Shown piece after piece: positions 10,404 through 19,918 of a stretch of 64,000 nt of DNA. Both the position numbers and the translations under genes were made by a program. Numbering within the stretch: the stretch's first letter is position 1; every line of letters begins with the position of its first letter. The stretch lies in assembly GCA_965140415.1 (NCBI GenBank), contig OZ223209.1:1280001-1344000 (forward strand), in the 5' to 3' direction. The notes under the pieces were generated by a model. That model made no database searches, had not been told where the DNA came from, and saw only the letters and a program-made list of their open reading frames with translations. This DNA is from Myxococcota bacterium. Its GTDB lineage: Bacteria > Myxococcota_A > SURF-8.

Positions 10404-10683
10404 ATGCGGAGCAAGCTTTCCGAAAGCACTTTGAAGCTACTTTTCACCTCCACGCTAGTTTTCGCGCTGTTTGGCTGATTCCTTCCTTTATATATAGAGC
10501 GTTCTCCCGTCGTTGCCACTGACTTGTGATTCAGAGTAATATCTGAGATGACTGAATTCTATTGGACAATACCCGATTCATCCGCTACGTTAGCCCCCGT
10601 CTTGCATCGTGAAAAGACTGCGAATTCGGTTAGGTGTCGTGCAAGATGATCCTGCTGAACAAAATCCCGAGGTACAGGCAAGT

Positions 10684-11235
10684 ATGCTGACCAAGCTTCT
10701 GAGCGATAAAAGGGAAGCCATCCTGAAGAGTTGGTTCCAACTGATAGTGGAAACCTATCCGGCGGAGTCCTCTCGTTTTCTGAGTATCGAGAAAGATCGC
10801 TTCGCCAATCCGGTAGGGTTTTCCCTGCGGGATGGTATCGGTGTGTTGTTCGACGATCTGCTCGCCGAGCGCCAGACCGATCAGGAAAGCTCGGAGCTAG
10901 ATGGCATTATTCGCGTGCGCGCCATTCAGCAGTTTCGGGCGAGCGAAGCGGTGACCTTTGTATTTCTGCTGAAATACGCGATCCGCTCGGAACTGGACAT
11001 GAACAACGCCGATGCGGAGTTGTTGCGTGAAATGCTGGCGTTTGAATCGCGTGTGGATCGTCTGGCGCTGACGGCCTTCGACATCCACATCGCGTGTCGC
11101 GAGCAACTTATGGAAGTGCGCATCAACGAGTTGAAACGTTGCGTTCCCAAAACCATGGAATTGGAAGTGGCCCGCATGGCGGAAAAGATCGCCTGTCAGG
11201 CTACTAAGATGGATAAAGACACAGAGAGGCATTAA
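10684..11235 (+). CDS. dsrT: DsrT (RsbRD N-terminal-domain protein)
   Basis: KDRFANPVG, IIRVRAIQQF..SEAV.FVF.LK motifs; directly upstream of dsrM. Confidence 0.8.
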   Translation: MLTKLLSDKREAILKSWFQLIVETYPAESSRFLSIEKDRFANPVGFSLRDGIGVLFDDLLAERQTDQESSELDGIIRVRAIQQFRASEAVTFVFLLKYAIRSELDMNNADAELLREMLAFESRVDRLALTAFDIHIACREQLMEVRINELKRCVPKTMELEVARMAEKIACQATKMDKDTERH

Positions 11236-11268
11236 CCCGCAAATTCACACGTAGTGAGGTGGTGGCCG

Positions 11269-12273
11269 ATGAACGCCCTTGGTTCCATTTTAATTTCGCT
11301 AGCAGCAGTTCTAATTTTGGTCGTGCTCGCAATTGTGGGCTCTTCCATTGGGCTGCAATCTGTTTTCGGGATCGTTCTCCCGTATCTGGCGATCGTCGTC
11401 TTTTTAGTCGGCTTCGTCTGGCGGGTGCTGCGCTGGGCTAAATCCCCGGTGCCGTACAACATTCCTACCAGTTGCGGACAGCAGAATTCGCTGCCCTGGA
11501 TCAAACAGAACAAGATCGAAGCGCCCAGCACCAAGCTTGGAGTGTTCGTGCGTATGGCGATGGAAGTGCTGTTCTTCCGTTCGCTGTTCCGCAACACGCG
11601 CGCGGAAATCACCAAGGAAGGACGCCTGGTGCACGATTCGTCCAAATACCTTTGGGCAGCTGGGTTGGCCTTTCACTATTCGTTCCTGGTGATTTTCCTG
11701 CGCCACATGCGCCTGTTCAGCGAGCCGGTTCCCTTTTTCGTGCATGGGCTGGAATTCTTCGACGCTTTCTTCGAGATCGCCGTGCCGGCGCTGTATCTGA
11801 CCGACCTGATCATCGTGGGCGCGATCAGCTACCTGTTCCTGCGCCGCGTGGTGGAACCGAAGCTGCGCACCATCTCGCTGCCCGCCGATTACTTTGCACT
11901 CTTTTTGCTGCTGGGTATCGTGTTGTCGGGCATTCTGATGCGCTACTTCACCAAGGTGGACATCGTCGGCGTGAAAAATGTGGCCATGGGCTGGGTCAAC
12001 TTCAACCCGGTGGTGGTCGATGGACTGGGCGCGGTGTTCTACGTGCATATCTTCCTGGTCTGCTGCCTGTTCCTGTATTTCCCCTTCAGCAAGCTGATGC
12101 ATATGGGTGGTGTGTTCCTTAGCCCGACCCGTAACATGTTGAACAACAGCCGCGAGCGGCTTCACGTTAATCCTTGGAACCCCGAAGTCAAGCCTCATAC
12201 CTACGATGAATGGGAAGAAGAATTCCACGATGTGTTGGTCGCGGCTGGCTATCCGTTAGACAAGAAGGAGTAG
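11269..12273 (+). CDS. dsrM: DsrM, cytochrome b membrane subunit
   Basis: PTSCGQQ.SLPWI, FFRSLFRNT, FHYS..RH, YFPFSKLMHMGGVFLSPTRN. Confidence 0.95.
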   Translation: MNALGSILISLAAVLILVVLAIVGSSIGLQSVFGIVLPYLAIVVFLVGFVWRVLRWAKSPVPYNIPTSCGQQNSLPWIKQNKIEAPSTKLGVFVRMAMEVLFFRSLFRNTRAEITKEGRLVHDSSKYLWAAGLAFHYSFLVIFLRHMRLFSEPVPFFVHGLEFFDAFFEIAVPALYLTDLIIVGAISYLFLRRVVEPKLRTISLPADYFALFLLLGIVLSGILMRYFTKVDIVGVKNVAMGWVNFNPVVVDGLGAVFYVHIFLVCCLFLYFPFSKLMHMGGVFLSPTRNMLNNSRERLHVNPWNPEVKPHTYDEWEEEFHDVLVAAGYPLDKKE

Positions 12274-12275
12274 AA

Positions 12276-13919
12276 ATGGCCAAGACTCCGAAACCACAGG
12301 AACTGATCAGTTCGGCTGGATTCAAGCCGATCACCAAGGGGTGGATGGATCCGACCATCGATTTCGAGGCGCGTGCCGGAAGCTGGTCGTATGCGGGCGC
12401 GAAAAAGAATCTGGAGTATCTGGATTTGCCCAATCCCCGTCAGTGGACGCCAACTGATGACGACTGGCAGTTGCCCGACAACTGGAAGGAAATCATTCAC
12501 GAAGGCATCCGCGAACGCTTGGATAAGTACCGCAGTTTCAAGCTGTTCATGGACATCTGTGTACGCTGCGGCGCTTGTGCCGATAAGTGCCATTTCTTTA
12601 TCGGTTCTGGTGATCCGAAAAACATGCCGGTACTGCGCGCCGAACTGCTGCGCTCGATCTATCGTAACGATTTCACCTTGGCCGGAAAAATCATGGGCAA
12701 GATGGTCGGCGGACGCGAGTTGACCAAGGATGTCATCAAGGAGTGGTTCTACTACTTCTTCCAGTGCACCGAATGTCGCCGTTGCTCGGTATTTTGTCCG
12801 TACGGTATCGACACTGCCGAAATCACCATGATCGGTCGCGAGCTTCTGGGCGAGCTTGGTATCTACATCAACTGGGTCATCGACCCGGTCGCCAACTGTC
12901 ACCGCACAGGAAACCACTTGGGGTTGCAGCCGCATACCTTCAAGGATAACCTGGAATTTGCCTGCGAGGAACTGGAAGACGCCACCGGCATCGCGGTCAA
13001 TCCGACCTTCAACCGCAAGGGCGCGGAACTGCTGTTCATCACGCCTTCGGCAGACGTTTTTGCTTCTCCGGCCTACTATACCTTAATGGGTTACCTGCTG
13101 CTGTTCCACCAGTTGGATCTGGATGTGACCTTCAGCGGTTATGCTTCGGAAGGTGGTAACTTCGGTCTGTTCACCTCGCACGAGATGATGAAACGACTGA
13201 ACTACAAAATGTACGCCGAAGCCAAACGCCTGGGTGTCAAATGGATTCTGGGTGGTGAGTGCGGCCATATGTGGCGCGTGGTTCACCAGTACATGGCGAC
13301 CCACTGGAACGGCGCGGACTTCCTGGAAGAGCCGGTTTCGCCGATTACGGGTACCAAGTTCGAGAACGCCAAAGTCACCAAGTTGGTTCATATCTGCGAG
13401 TTCACTTCGGATTTGATTCAGCATAACAAGTTGAAATTCGACAAGAGCCGCAATGATAACGTCAAGCTGACCTACCATGATAGCTGCAACCCGGCGCGTG
13501 GTATGGGCTTCTTCGAAGAACCGCGCCACGTTATCAATACGGTGTGCAACAACTTCTACGAAATGCCCGAGAACACCATTCGCGAGCAAACTTTCTGCTG
13601 CGGCGGTGGTGCCGGACTGGGCAACGACGAAAACATGGAAATGCGTATGCGTGGCGGTATGCCTCGCGCCAGCGCAGTCAAATACGTACACGACAAGCAC
13701 GGCGTCAACATGTTGGGTTGCATCTGCGCAATCGACAAAGCCGTCTTGCCTACATTGATGAATTACTGGGTACCGGGCGTCGATGTCTGCGGTATCCACG
13801 AACTGGTTGGCAATGCCCTGATCCTCGACAACGAGCCGAAGCGAACGATGGACCTGCGCGGCGAACCGTTGCCGGGCGTTGAAGAGGACGAAGAAACGGA
13901 GGGTAACGGCGATGTATGA
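12276..13919 (+). CDS. dsrK: DsrK, Fe-S/CCG catalytic subunit
   Basis: CVRCGACADKC, CTECRRCSVFCP, GECGH, HDSCN, CCGGG, ICAIDK. Confidence 0.95.
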   Translation: MAKTPKPQELISSAGFKPITKGWMDPTIDFEARAGSWSYAGAKKNLEYLDLPNPRQWTPTDDDWQLPDNWKEIIHEGIRERLDKYRSFKLFMDICVRCGACADKCHFFIGSGDPKNMPVLRAELLRSIYRNDFTLAGKIMGKMVGGRELTKDVIKEWFYYFFQCTECRRCSVFCPYGIDTAEITMIGRELLGELGIYINWVIDPVANCHRTGNHLGLQPHTFKDNLEFACEELEDATGIAVNPTFNRKGAELLFITPSADVFASPAYYTLMGYLLLFHQLDLDVTFSGYASEGGNFGLFTSHEMMKRLNYKMYAEAKRLGVKWILGGECGHMWRVVHQYMATHWNGADFLEEPVSPITGTKFENAKVTKLVHICEFTSDLIQHNKLKFDKSRNDNVKLTYHDSCNPARGMGFFEEPRHVINTVCNNFYEMPENTIREQTFCCGGGAGLGNDENMEMRMRGGMPRASAVKYVHDKHGVNMLGCICAIDKAVLPTLMNYWVPGVDVCGIHELVGNALILDNEPKRTMDLRGEPLPGVEEDEETEGNGDV

Positions 13920-14298
13920 TGGCCCGAAGATCATTACCGGGATCGTGATCTTTCTCGTGATCGTCACGTTCCCGATCTGGTACAACGTCGCAAGCGGCAA
14001 GGCCGACTATCAGCCGGACCCCAAACTGCCTGCAACGGAGAAGTCCTGTGTCATGGACACCGCTTACATGAAGGCCAACCATATGGACCTTCTCAATACG
14101 TGGCGCGATGAAGTCGTGCGCAACGGCGAGCGCGTGTTTACGGCTCAAGACGGTCGCAAATACAATAAGAGCCTCACCGGCAATTGCTTGGGTTGCCATG
14201 AGAGCAAAGCGGATTTCTGCGACCAGTGCCACAACTACGTGGGTGTTGCTCCATACTGCTGGAACTGCCACGTCGACCCTGAAAAGGATATGAAGTGA
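13912..14298 (+). CDS. dsrJ: DsrJ, triheme cytochrome c
   Basis: HMDLLNTWRDEVVR; three CxxCH motifs (CLGCH, CDQCH, CWNCH). Confidence 0.95.
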   Translation: MYDGPKIITGIVIFLVIVTFPIWYNVASGKADYQPDPKLPATEKSCVMDTAYMKANHMDLLNTWRDEVVRNGERVFTAQDGRKYNKSLTGNCLGCHESKADFCDQCHNYVGVAPYCWNCHVDPEKDMK

Positions 14299-15071
14299 TG
14301 GATGAGAGCAGGAGAAAATTTCTGAAGTTGGCCGGTGTCGGAGCTTTGATGTTCGGCGCCAATCCGATGGTGAACGCCGTTGCGGCTCCGGGGCAGGGTG
14401 ACGTTCCGCAGGAACACCCGCTGACCGCGAAGCGTTGGGCGATTGTCATCGATGTAAAGAAAATGCAGGCGAATCCTGGCCTGGCGGAAAAATGCGCGGC
14501 GGTCTGCCACAAGGTTCACAACGTCCCGAAATTCGACAATCCCAAGGACGAAGTCAAGTGGATCTGGCAGGAAAAATTCGAGCATGCCTTCCCGAGCCTG
14601 GAGCAGGAAGTCGCTTACGAGAAATTCCACGAAAAGGATTTTCTGGTTTTCTGCAACCACTGTGACAATCCTCCCTGCGTGCGCGTCTGCCCCACCAAGG
14701 CGACCTGGAAACGCGAGGACGGCATCGTCATGATGGACATGCACCGCTGCATCGGTTGTCGTTATTGCGTGGTGGCCTGTCCTTATGGCTCGCGTAGCTT
14801 CAACTGGCGCGACCCGCGGCCTCATATCGAAAAACCGTTCAGCTCTTTCCCGACCCGCCAACGCGGTGTGGTGGAAAAATGCAACTTCTGTGCGGAACGT
14901 TTGGCTATGGGCCAGATTCCGGCATGCGTGGAGCTTTGCAAGAACGACGAAATGATGTTCGGCGATCTGGAAGATCCGAATTCCAAGGTTCGCGAAGTGC
15001 TGGCCAAGCGTTTCTCGATTCGTCGCAAGCCGCATTTGGGCACGAGCCCGCACATCTTTTATTTAGTATGA
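14298..15071 (+). CDS. dsrO: DsrO, periplasmic ferredoxin-like subunit
   Basis: Tat motif SRRKFLK; CNHCDNPPCVRVCP, CIGCRYCVVACP, KCNFC. Confidence 0.93.
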   Translation: MDESRRKFLKLAGVGALMFGANPMVNAVAAPGQGDVPQEHPLTAKRWAIVIDVKKMQANPGLAEKCAAVCHKVHNVPKFDNPKDEVKWIWQEKFEHAFPSLEQEVAYEKFHEKDFLVFCNHCDNPPCVRVCPTKATWKREDGIVMMDMHRCIGCRYCVVACPYGSRSFNWRDPRPHIEKPFSSFPTRQRGVVEKCNFCAERLAMGQIPACVELCKNDEMMFGDLEDPNSKVREVLAKRFSIRRKPHLGTSPHIFYLV

Positions 15072-15078
15072 GGGTGAC

Positions 15079-16236
15079 ATGCTAGAGAAAGCACTAAGTG
15101 GTAACACTCGTTATTGGGGATGGCTCGGAATTCTAGGGCTGTTCATGGCCGTGGCGGCTGGTTGTTATCTTTATCAGTTGCAGCAAGGTCTGGGCGTCAC
15201 TGGCTTGAGCCGTGATATTCCCTGGGGCTTTTACATTGCACAGTTCACCTTCCTGGTCGGTGTTGCGGCCAGCGCGGTGATGGTGGTGATGCCCTATTAC
15301 CTCCACAACTTCAAAGAGTTCGGCAAGATTGCGGTATTGGGTGAGTTCGTCGCCATCGCCTCGATCATCATGTGCCTGAGCTTCATTTTCGTGGATATGG
15401 GCGGCTCGCATCGTATTTTCAACGCGATCCTGCATCCCACGCCGAATTCCATGATCTTCTGGGATATCGTGGTTCTAAACGGCTACCTGGTCCTTAATGT
15501 CATCATTACGCGCGTGACCTTTGCCGCCGAGAAAAAGGGCGTTGCTCCACCGAAGTGGATCAAGCCTGTCATCTATCTCTCGATTCCCTGGGCGGTCAGC
15601 ATTCATACCGTTACGGCGTTCTTGTATGCCGGTCTGGGCGCGCGCGCATTCTGGATGACTGCCATTCTGGCTCCGCGCTTTTTGGCCTCGGCTTTTTCCG
15701 CCGGTCCTGCGCTGCTGATTCTGCTGTGCCTGTTCCTTCGTAAAACGACGAAGTTCGATGTTGGTGAAAAACCGATTCACAAACTGGCCGAGATCGTGAC
15801 CTACGCCATGGCCGTCAACCTGTTCTTCGTTGGCCTGGAACTGTTTACCTCGCTTTACAGCAGTATTCCCGAGCACATTCATCATTTCGAGTATATGTTT
15901 ATCGGTCTGGAAGGACATACCGGCCTGGTCGTTTGGATGTGGATTTCGATGATCCTCGGTATTTCCGGCTTGACGATGCTGCTGATTCCGAAACTGCGTC
16001 GCAACCTGAAACTCCTGCCTGTCTTGTGCGCCATGGTGATTATCGCGCTGTGGATCGACAAAGGCATGGGCATGGTTATCACCGGTTTCATTCCCACTCC
16101 GCTGGGCCATGTGATGGACTACACGCCGACTCTGGTCGAGTTGCTGATCAGCCTTGGCATTTACTCGCTGGGCGCTTTCGTTCTGACCGTGCTGTACAAA
16201 ATCGCCGTCACGGTGCGCGAATACGAAATGCAATAA
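15079..16236 (+). CDS. dsrP: DsrP, NrfD/PsrC-family membrane subunit
   Basis: MLEKAL.G, WGFYIAQFTFLVGVAASAVM, WAVSIHTVTAF; multiple TM helices. Confidence 0.95.
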   Translation: MLEKALSGNTRYWGWLGILGLFMAVAAGCYLYQLQQGLGVTGLSRDIPWGFYIAQFTFLVGVAASAVMVVMPYYLHNFKEFGKIAVLGEFVAIASIIMCLSFIFVDMGGSHRIFNAILHPTPNSMIFWDIVVLNGYLVLNVIITRVTFAAEKKGVAPPKWIKPVIYLSIPWAVSIHTVTAFLYAGLGARAFWMTAILAPRFLASAFSAGPALLILLCLFLRKTTKFDVGEKPIHKLAEIVTYAMAVNLFFVGLELFTSLYSSIPEHIHHFEYMFIGLEGHTGLVVWMWISMILGISGLTMLLIPKLRRNLKLLPVLCAMVIIALWIDKGMGMVITGFIPTPLGHVMDYTPTLVELLISLGIYSLGAFVLTVLYKIAVTVREYEMQ

Positions 16237-16256
16237 TCGATTCGAATTCAGAATTC

Positions 16257-16294
16257 AAAAGCCCTCTGCTTGGAAAAGAGCGGAGGGTTTTTTT
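16257..16294 (+). terminator. Rho-independent terminator after dsrP
   Basis: GCCCTCTGCT/AGCGGAGGGT stem plus T run. Confidence 0.75.
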
Positions 16295-16500
16295 GTTGGT
16301 ACGTGAAGTGCCACAGTGCAGTATGAAACTTCATGCTGTGACGTGATCGTGTTGGACCGTAAAAGCACGTAGATGACCGGTAAATGACGCCAACTAACCC
16401 ATGGCAAACAGTATGCCGATTTGCCACGAAGGAAACAAAAGGCGTTATGAGGCAGCATGAAGCAGCAAAGTGTTTTCATCCAAGTGTCCACGAACTGCTC

Positions 16501-16555
16501 TTTGGTGTGCTTTTAGTGCGCGTTTAGTGTGTGTTTAGTGTGTGTTTAGGGTCGG
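16501..16555. repeat. Five 11-bp direct repeats, TTTAGTG(T/C)G(T/C)G-like
   Basis: tttggtgtgct tttagtgcgcg tttagtgtgtg tttagtgtgtg tttagggtcgg. Confidence 0.75.
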
Positions 16556-17144
16556 AGCAAAATCACGTTTAGTCTCTTTTTTGAATGCTGAAAAGAAAAT
16601 TCAAAGATAAAACTGGAAGCCAGGGAAGAGAAAAAGTCGGAAAAATGTGAATGACGTTGTTAAGATAATCGACGGACTAGTGACTGCTGGTAGTCAGCAT
16701 GATAGCCGGAAGGAATATAAGAGTTTTAGGCTTCCTTGGAGATTTAATCGTCACCATCTTGATATGAATTGTAGTCAATGCCGTAACCCACTGGAAACAC
16801 TGAATTCTTTTTCAGCAGCATAGATACTGAATGTAATCGTGAAACGGTGTTTAGTAGTAATGGTTTATTATTACTTTTTCGAATAGTTCTCAGATTAATA
16901 AATCATTGGAATTGCGGTCGTTTTTACTTGAATTGTCCGTGAGTTTGCCCTAAAAAACATTGCGGATAAGAAATGTATAGGCACGAGAACTGTAACTTGC
17001 GGAAAGAGGCTTTGGTTATACAATTACACAAGAAATTGCAAGGTCATTTTTTCCGATGTGCTGTTCCTATTTTAGGTTTGGAATCAATAATGTGTGGATT
17101 CCAAGGCGATCATTCCATCAATTGAGGAAGGAAGGAGATCGAGT

Positions 17145-17576
17145 ATGCCGAGTTTTGTAATCACTGAGAAGTGTGACGGATGCAAAGGGCAGGATAAAAC
17201 CGCTTGCATGTACATCTGTCCCAACGACCTGATGGTCCTGGACAAGGACAAGATGAAAGCGTTCAACCGCGCTCCCGATATGTGTTGGGAATGCAGTTGC
17301 TGCGTAAAAATCTGTCCGCAGCAGGCCATTGACCTCCGCGGCTATGCCGACTTCGTGCCGCTAGGCGCAAGCTGCGTGCCGATGCGCGGTTCCGACAGCA
17401 TCATGTGGACCGTGAAGTTCCGTAACGGAATGGTGAAGCGCTTCAAGTTCCCGATTCGCACCACCCCTGAAGGTAGCGCGGTCCCGAACGGCGGCTTTGG
17501 CGATGGCGACGGTGCGTTCGACAACGAACTGCTGTTCTCCGAGCCGGCTTCCCTGAACTTCGTCCCGGGCAAATAA
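17145..17576 (+). CDS. aprB: Adenylylsulfate reductase beta subunit
   Basis: MPSFVITEKCDGCKGQDKTACMYICPNDLM, CWEC..CVKICPQQAI..RGYADF, KRFKFPIRTTPEG; AAGGAG RBS. Confidence 0.97.
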   Translation: MPSFVITEKCDGCKGQDKTACMYICPNDLMVLDKDKMKAFNRAPDMCWECSCCVKICPQQAIDLRGYADFVPLGASCVPMRGSDSIMWTVKFRNGMVKRFKFPIRTTPEGSAVPNGGFGDGDGAFDNELLFSEPASLNFVPGK

Positions 17577-17587
17577 GGAGGTAAATA

Positions 17588-19501
17588 ATGGCTAATTTCG
17601 AGACTGTTGAAGTTACGACTGATCTGTTGATCGTCGGTGGTGGTATGGCCTCCTGCGGCGCTGCCGTTGAAGCGGCCTACTGGGCAAAGAAAAACGGCCT
17701 GAAGGTCACCTTGGTTGATAAAGCAGCCATGGATCGTTCCGGTGCGGTGGCCATGGGCCTCTCCGCCATCAACCAGTACGTTGGCGTCGCTGAAGGCGAC
17801 AACACCGTGGAAGACTACGTACGTTACGTCCGCCAGGATCTGATGGGTGTCACCCGTGAAGACTTGGTTTACAACATCGCGCGTCACGTCGACTCCACCG
17901 TCCATCTGTTCCAGAAATGGGGCCTCCCCATCTGGGCGGACGAAGAAGGCAAGTACATCCATGAAGGTCGTTGGCAGGTCATGATCAACGGTGAATCCTA
18001 CAAGATCATCGTTGCTGAAGCAGCCAAAAACGCCCTGAAAGAATACGGTCACGAATACTTCGAACGTATTTTCATCGTTGAGCCCCTGATGGACGGCGAC
18101 CGCGTCGCCGGCGCCGTGGGTTTCAGCACCCGTGAAAACAAATTCTACGTATTCCGCGCGAAAGCCGTCATGTGTGCCATGGGCGGCGCCGTGCACGTGT
18201 TCCGTCCGCGTTCCGTCGGTGAAGGCTTTGGCCGTTCCTGGTATCCACCGTTCAACTCCGGTTCCTCCGCGTATTTCACGATCCGCGCCGGTGCCGAGAT
18301 GACCTGCCAGGAAGTCCGCTTCATCCCCGTGCGTTTCAAAGACGGTTATGGTCCTGTCGGTGCGTGGTTCCTGCTGTTCAAAGCCGCTGCCACCAACGCG
18401 TTCCATGAGAGCTACATGCAGACTCATGCTGACGAACTGCAGAAATATGCCCCCTACGGTTTGGTCAAGCCGATCCCGGCCTGCCTGCGTAACCACTTGG
18501 GCATGATCGATCTGTTCGCCGGTAAGGGCCCGATCTACATGCAGACCGCCGAAGCCATTCAGGCGATCGCCGAGAACACCAAGTCCGAGTTCGCCGACGA
18601 TCCGAAGAAAGCCGAGAAGGCCTTCAAGAAGAAGATGAAGCACCTCGAAGAGGAAGCTTGGGAAGACTTCTTGGACATGACCATCTCCCAGGCTCTGCTG
18701 TGGGCCGCCACCAACACCGAGCCGGAAAAGGCCCCGAGCGAGATCGCTCCTTGTGAGCCTTACTTCATCGGTTCGCACTCCGGCGCTTCCGGCGCTTGGG
18801 TTTCCGGTCCTGCCGATCTCGAAGGCAAGGGCGGAATGTTCTGGGGCTATGCCAATATGTGCACCGTCAAGGGTCTGTTCGCCGCCGGCGACGCCTCTGG
18901 CGCCAGCTCCCATAAGTTCTCCTCCGGCTCCCACGCCGAAGGTCGTATCGCCGGTAAGGCCGCTGTGAAGTTCATCGTTGAGAACAACACGCTGCCGAAC
19001 ATCGACGCCGCGAAGGTGGACGAACTGAAAGAGCGCATCCTGCGCCCGATCGATCTGTTCGAAGCTCACCAAGCTGAGACCACTGACCCGATGATCAACC
19101 CGAACTACCTGATGCCGCGTCAGTTCATGGATCGCCTCCAGAAGATCATGGACGAATACGCCGGTGGCGTCAGCATGCAGTTCACCACCAACAAGCACCT
19201 GCTCGATCGTGGTATGGAACTGATGACGTTCCTGCGCGAAGACAGCGAGAAGCTGGCTGCCGAGAACCTGCATGACCTGATGCGCGCTTGGGAGAACATT
19301 CAGCGTATGTGGCAGGCCGAAGCCCATCTGCGTACTCTGATGTTCCGCGAAGAAACCCGTTGGCCGGGTTACTACTATCGCGCTGATCTGCCTGAAATGG
19401 ACGAAGAAAACTGGAAGTGCTTCGCCAATCTGCGCTGGGATCCGGCGACTGGTGAATGGGAATCCATGAAACGTGAGATTCCGAGCATCGGTATCGAATA
19501 G
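17588..19501 (+). CDS. aprA: Adenylylsulfate reductase alpha subunit
   Basis: RSGAVAMGLSAIN, WQVMINGESYK, RFKDGYGPVGAWFL, HKFSSGSHAEGR, REETRWPGYYYR. Confidence 0.97.
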   Translation: MANFETVEVTTDLLIVGGGMASCGAAVEAAYWAKKNGLKVTLVDKAAMDRSGAVAMGLSAINQYVGVAEGDNTVEDYVRYVRQDLMGVTREDLVYNIARHVDSTVHLFQKWGLPIWADEEGKYIHEGRWQVMINGESYKIIVAEAAKNALKEYGHEYFERIFIVEPLMDGDRVAGAVGFSTRENKFYVFRAKAVMCAMGGAVHVFRPRSVGEGFGRSWYPPFNSGSSAYFTIRAGAEMTCQEVRFIPVRFKDGYGPVGAWFLLFKAAATNAFHESYMQTHADELQKYAPYGLVKPIPACLRNHLGMIDLFAGKGPIYMQTAEAIQAIAENTKSEFADDPKKAEKAFKKKMKHLEEEAWEDFLDMTISQALLWAATNTEPEKAPSEIAPCEPYFIGSHSGASGAWVSGPADLEGKGGMFWGYANMCTVKGLFAAGDASGASSHKFSSGSHAEGRIAGKAAVKFIVENNTLPNIDAAKVDELKERILRPIDLFEAHQAETTDPMINPNYLMPRQFMDRLQKIMDEYAGGVSMQFTTNKHLLDRGMELMTFLREDSEKLAAENLHDLMRAWENIQRMWQAEAHLRTLMFREETRWPGYYYRADLPEMDEENWKCFANLRWDPATGEWESMKREIPSIGIE

Positions 19502-19517
19502 TCCTCTTCGGTTCCTA

Positions 19518-19554
19518 CTCCAGGCGCCCATTGGGCGCCTGGAGACTTTTCTTT
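19518..19554 (+). terminator. Strong hairpin/terminator after aprA
   Basis: CTCCAGGCGCCCA-T-TGGGCGCCTGGAG followed by T-rich tract. Confidence 0.75.
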
Positions 19555-19616
19555 GTATGCCATTCATTTCGGTCTTTATAATTCCCGTTAACGAACAGTG
19601 AAGAAGTGGAAATACC

Positions 19617-19892
19617 ATGACGGATCAAGACCCGAGAATTTGCCCACATTGTAACCAGAAAACCAAGAAGTGGCTACCGGTTGAAGAATTGAACTGGGGG
19701 TTGGATCCGCAGTACATCTGTTTCAACGACGAGTGTCCTTACTATATCCGTGGCTGGGAACACACCAGGAAAAGCATGAAAAAGCCGGCCTCTTATCGCT
19801 ATCGCTACATTCCCGCGACTGGTGCGGTTCAACCGATTCCCGTCTGGTCGGAAACGGCGTTGAAAGACCGGATCGTTCCCGAAGATGAATAG
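19617..19892 (+). CDS. Small four-Cys (zinc-finger-like) protein
   Basis: CPHC ... CFNDECPYY..GW, SYRY; located between aprA and qmoA. Confidence 0.75.
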   Translation: MTDQDPRICPHCNQKTKKWLPVEELNWGLDPQYICFNDECPYYIRGWEHTRKSMKKPASYRYRYIPATGAVQPIPVWSETALKDRIVPEDE

Positions 19893-19918
19893 CTGGCTGT
19901 TGAAAGTGGAGTAGTCTC

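Noticed and set aside
14440-14520. DsrO has an incomplete first Cys motif
   Set aside because: Known variation among DsrO proteins
10400-17144. Rex operator upstream of dsrT or aprB
   Set aside because: No convincing TTGTGAA-N4-TTCACAA match found by eye
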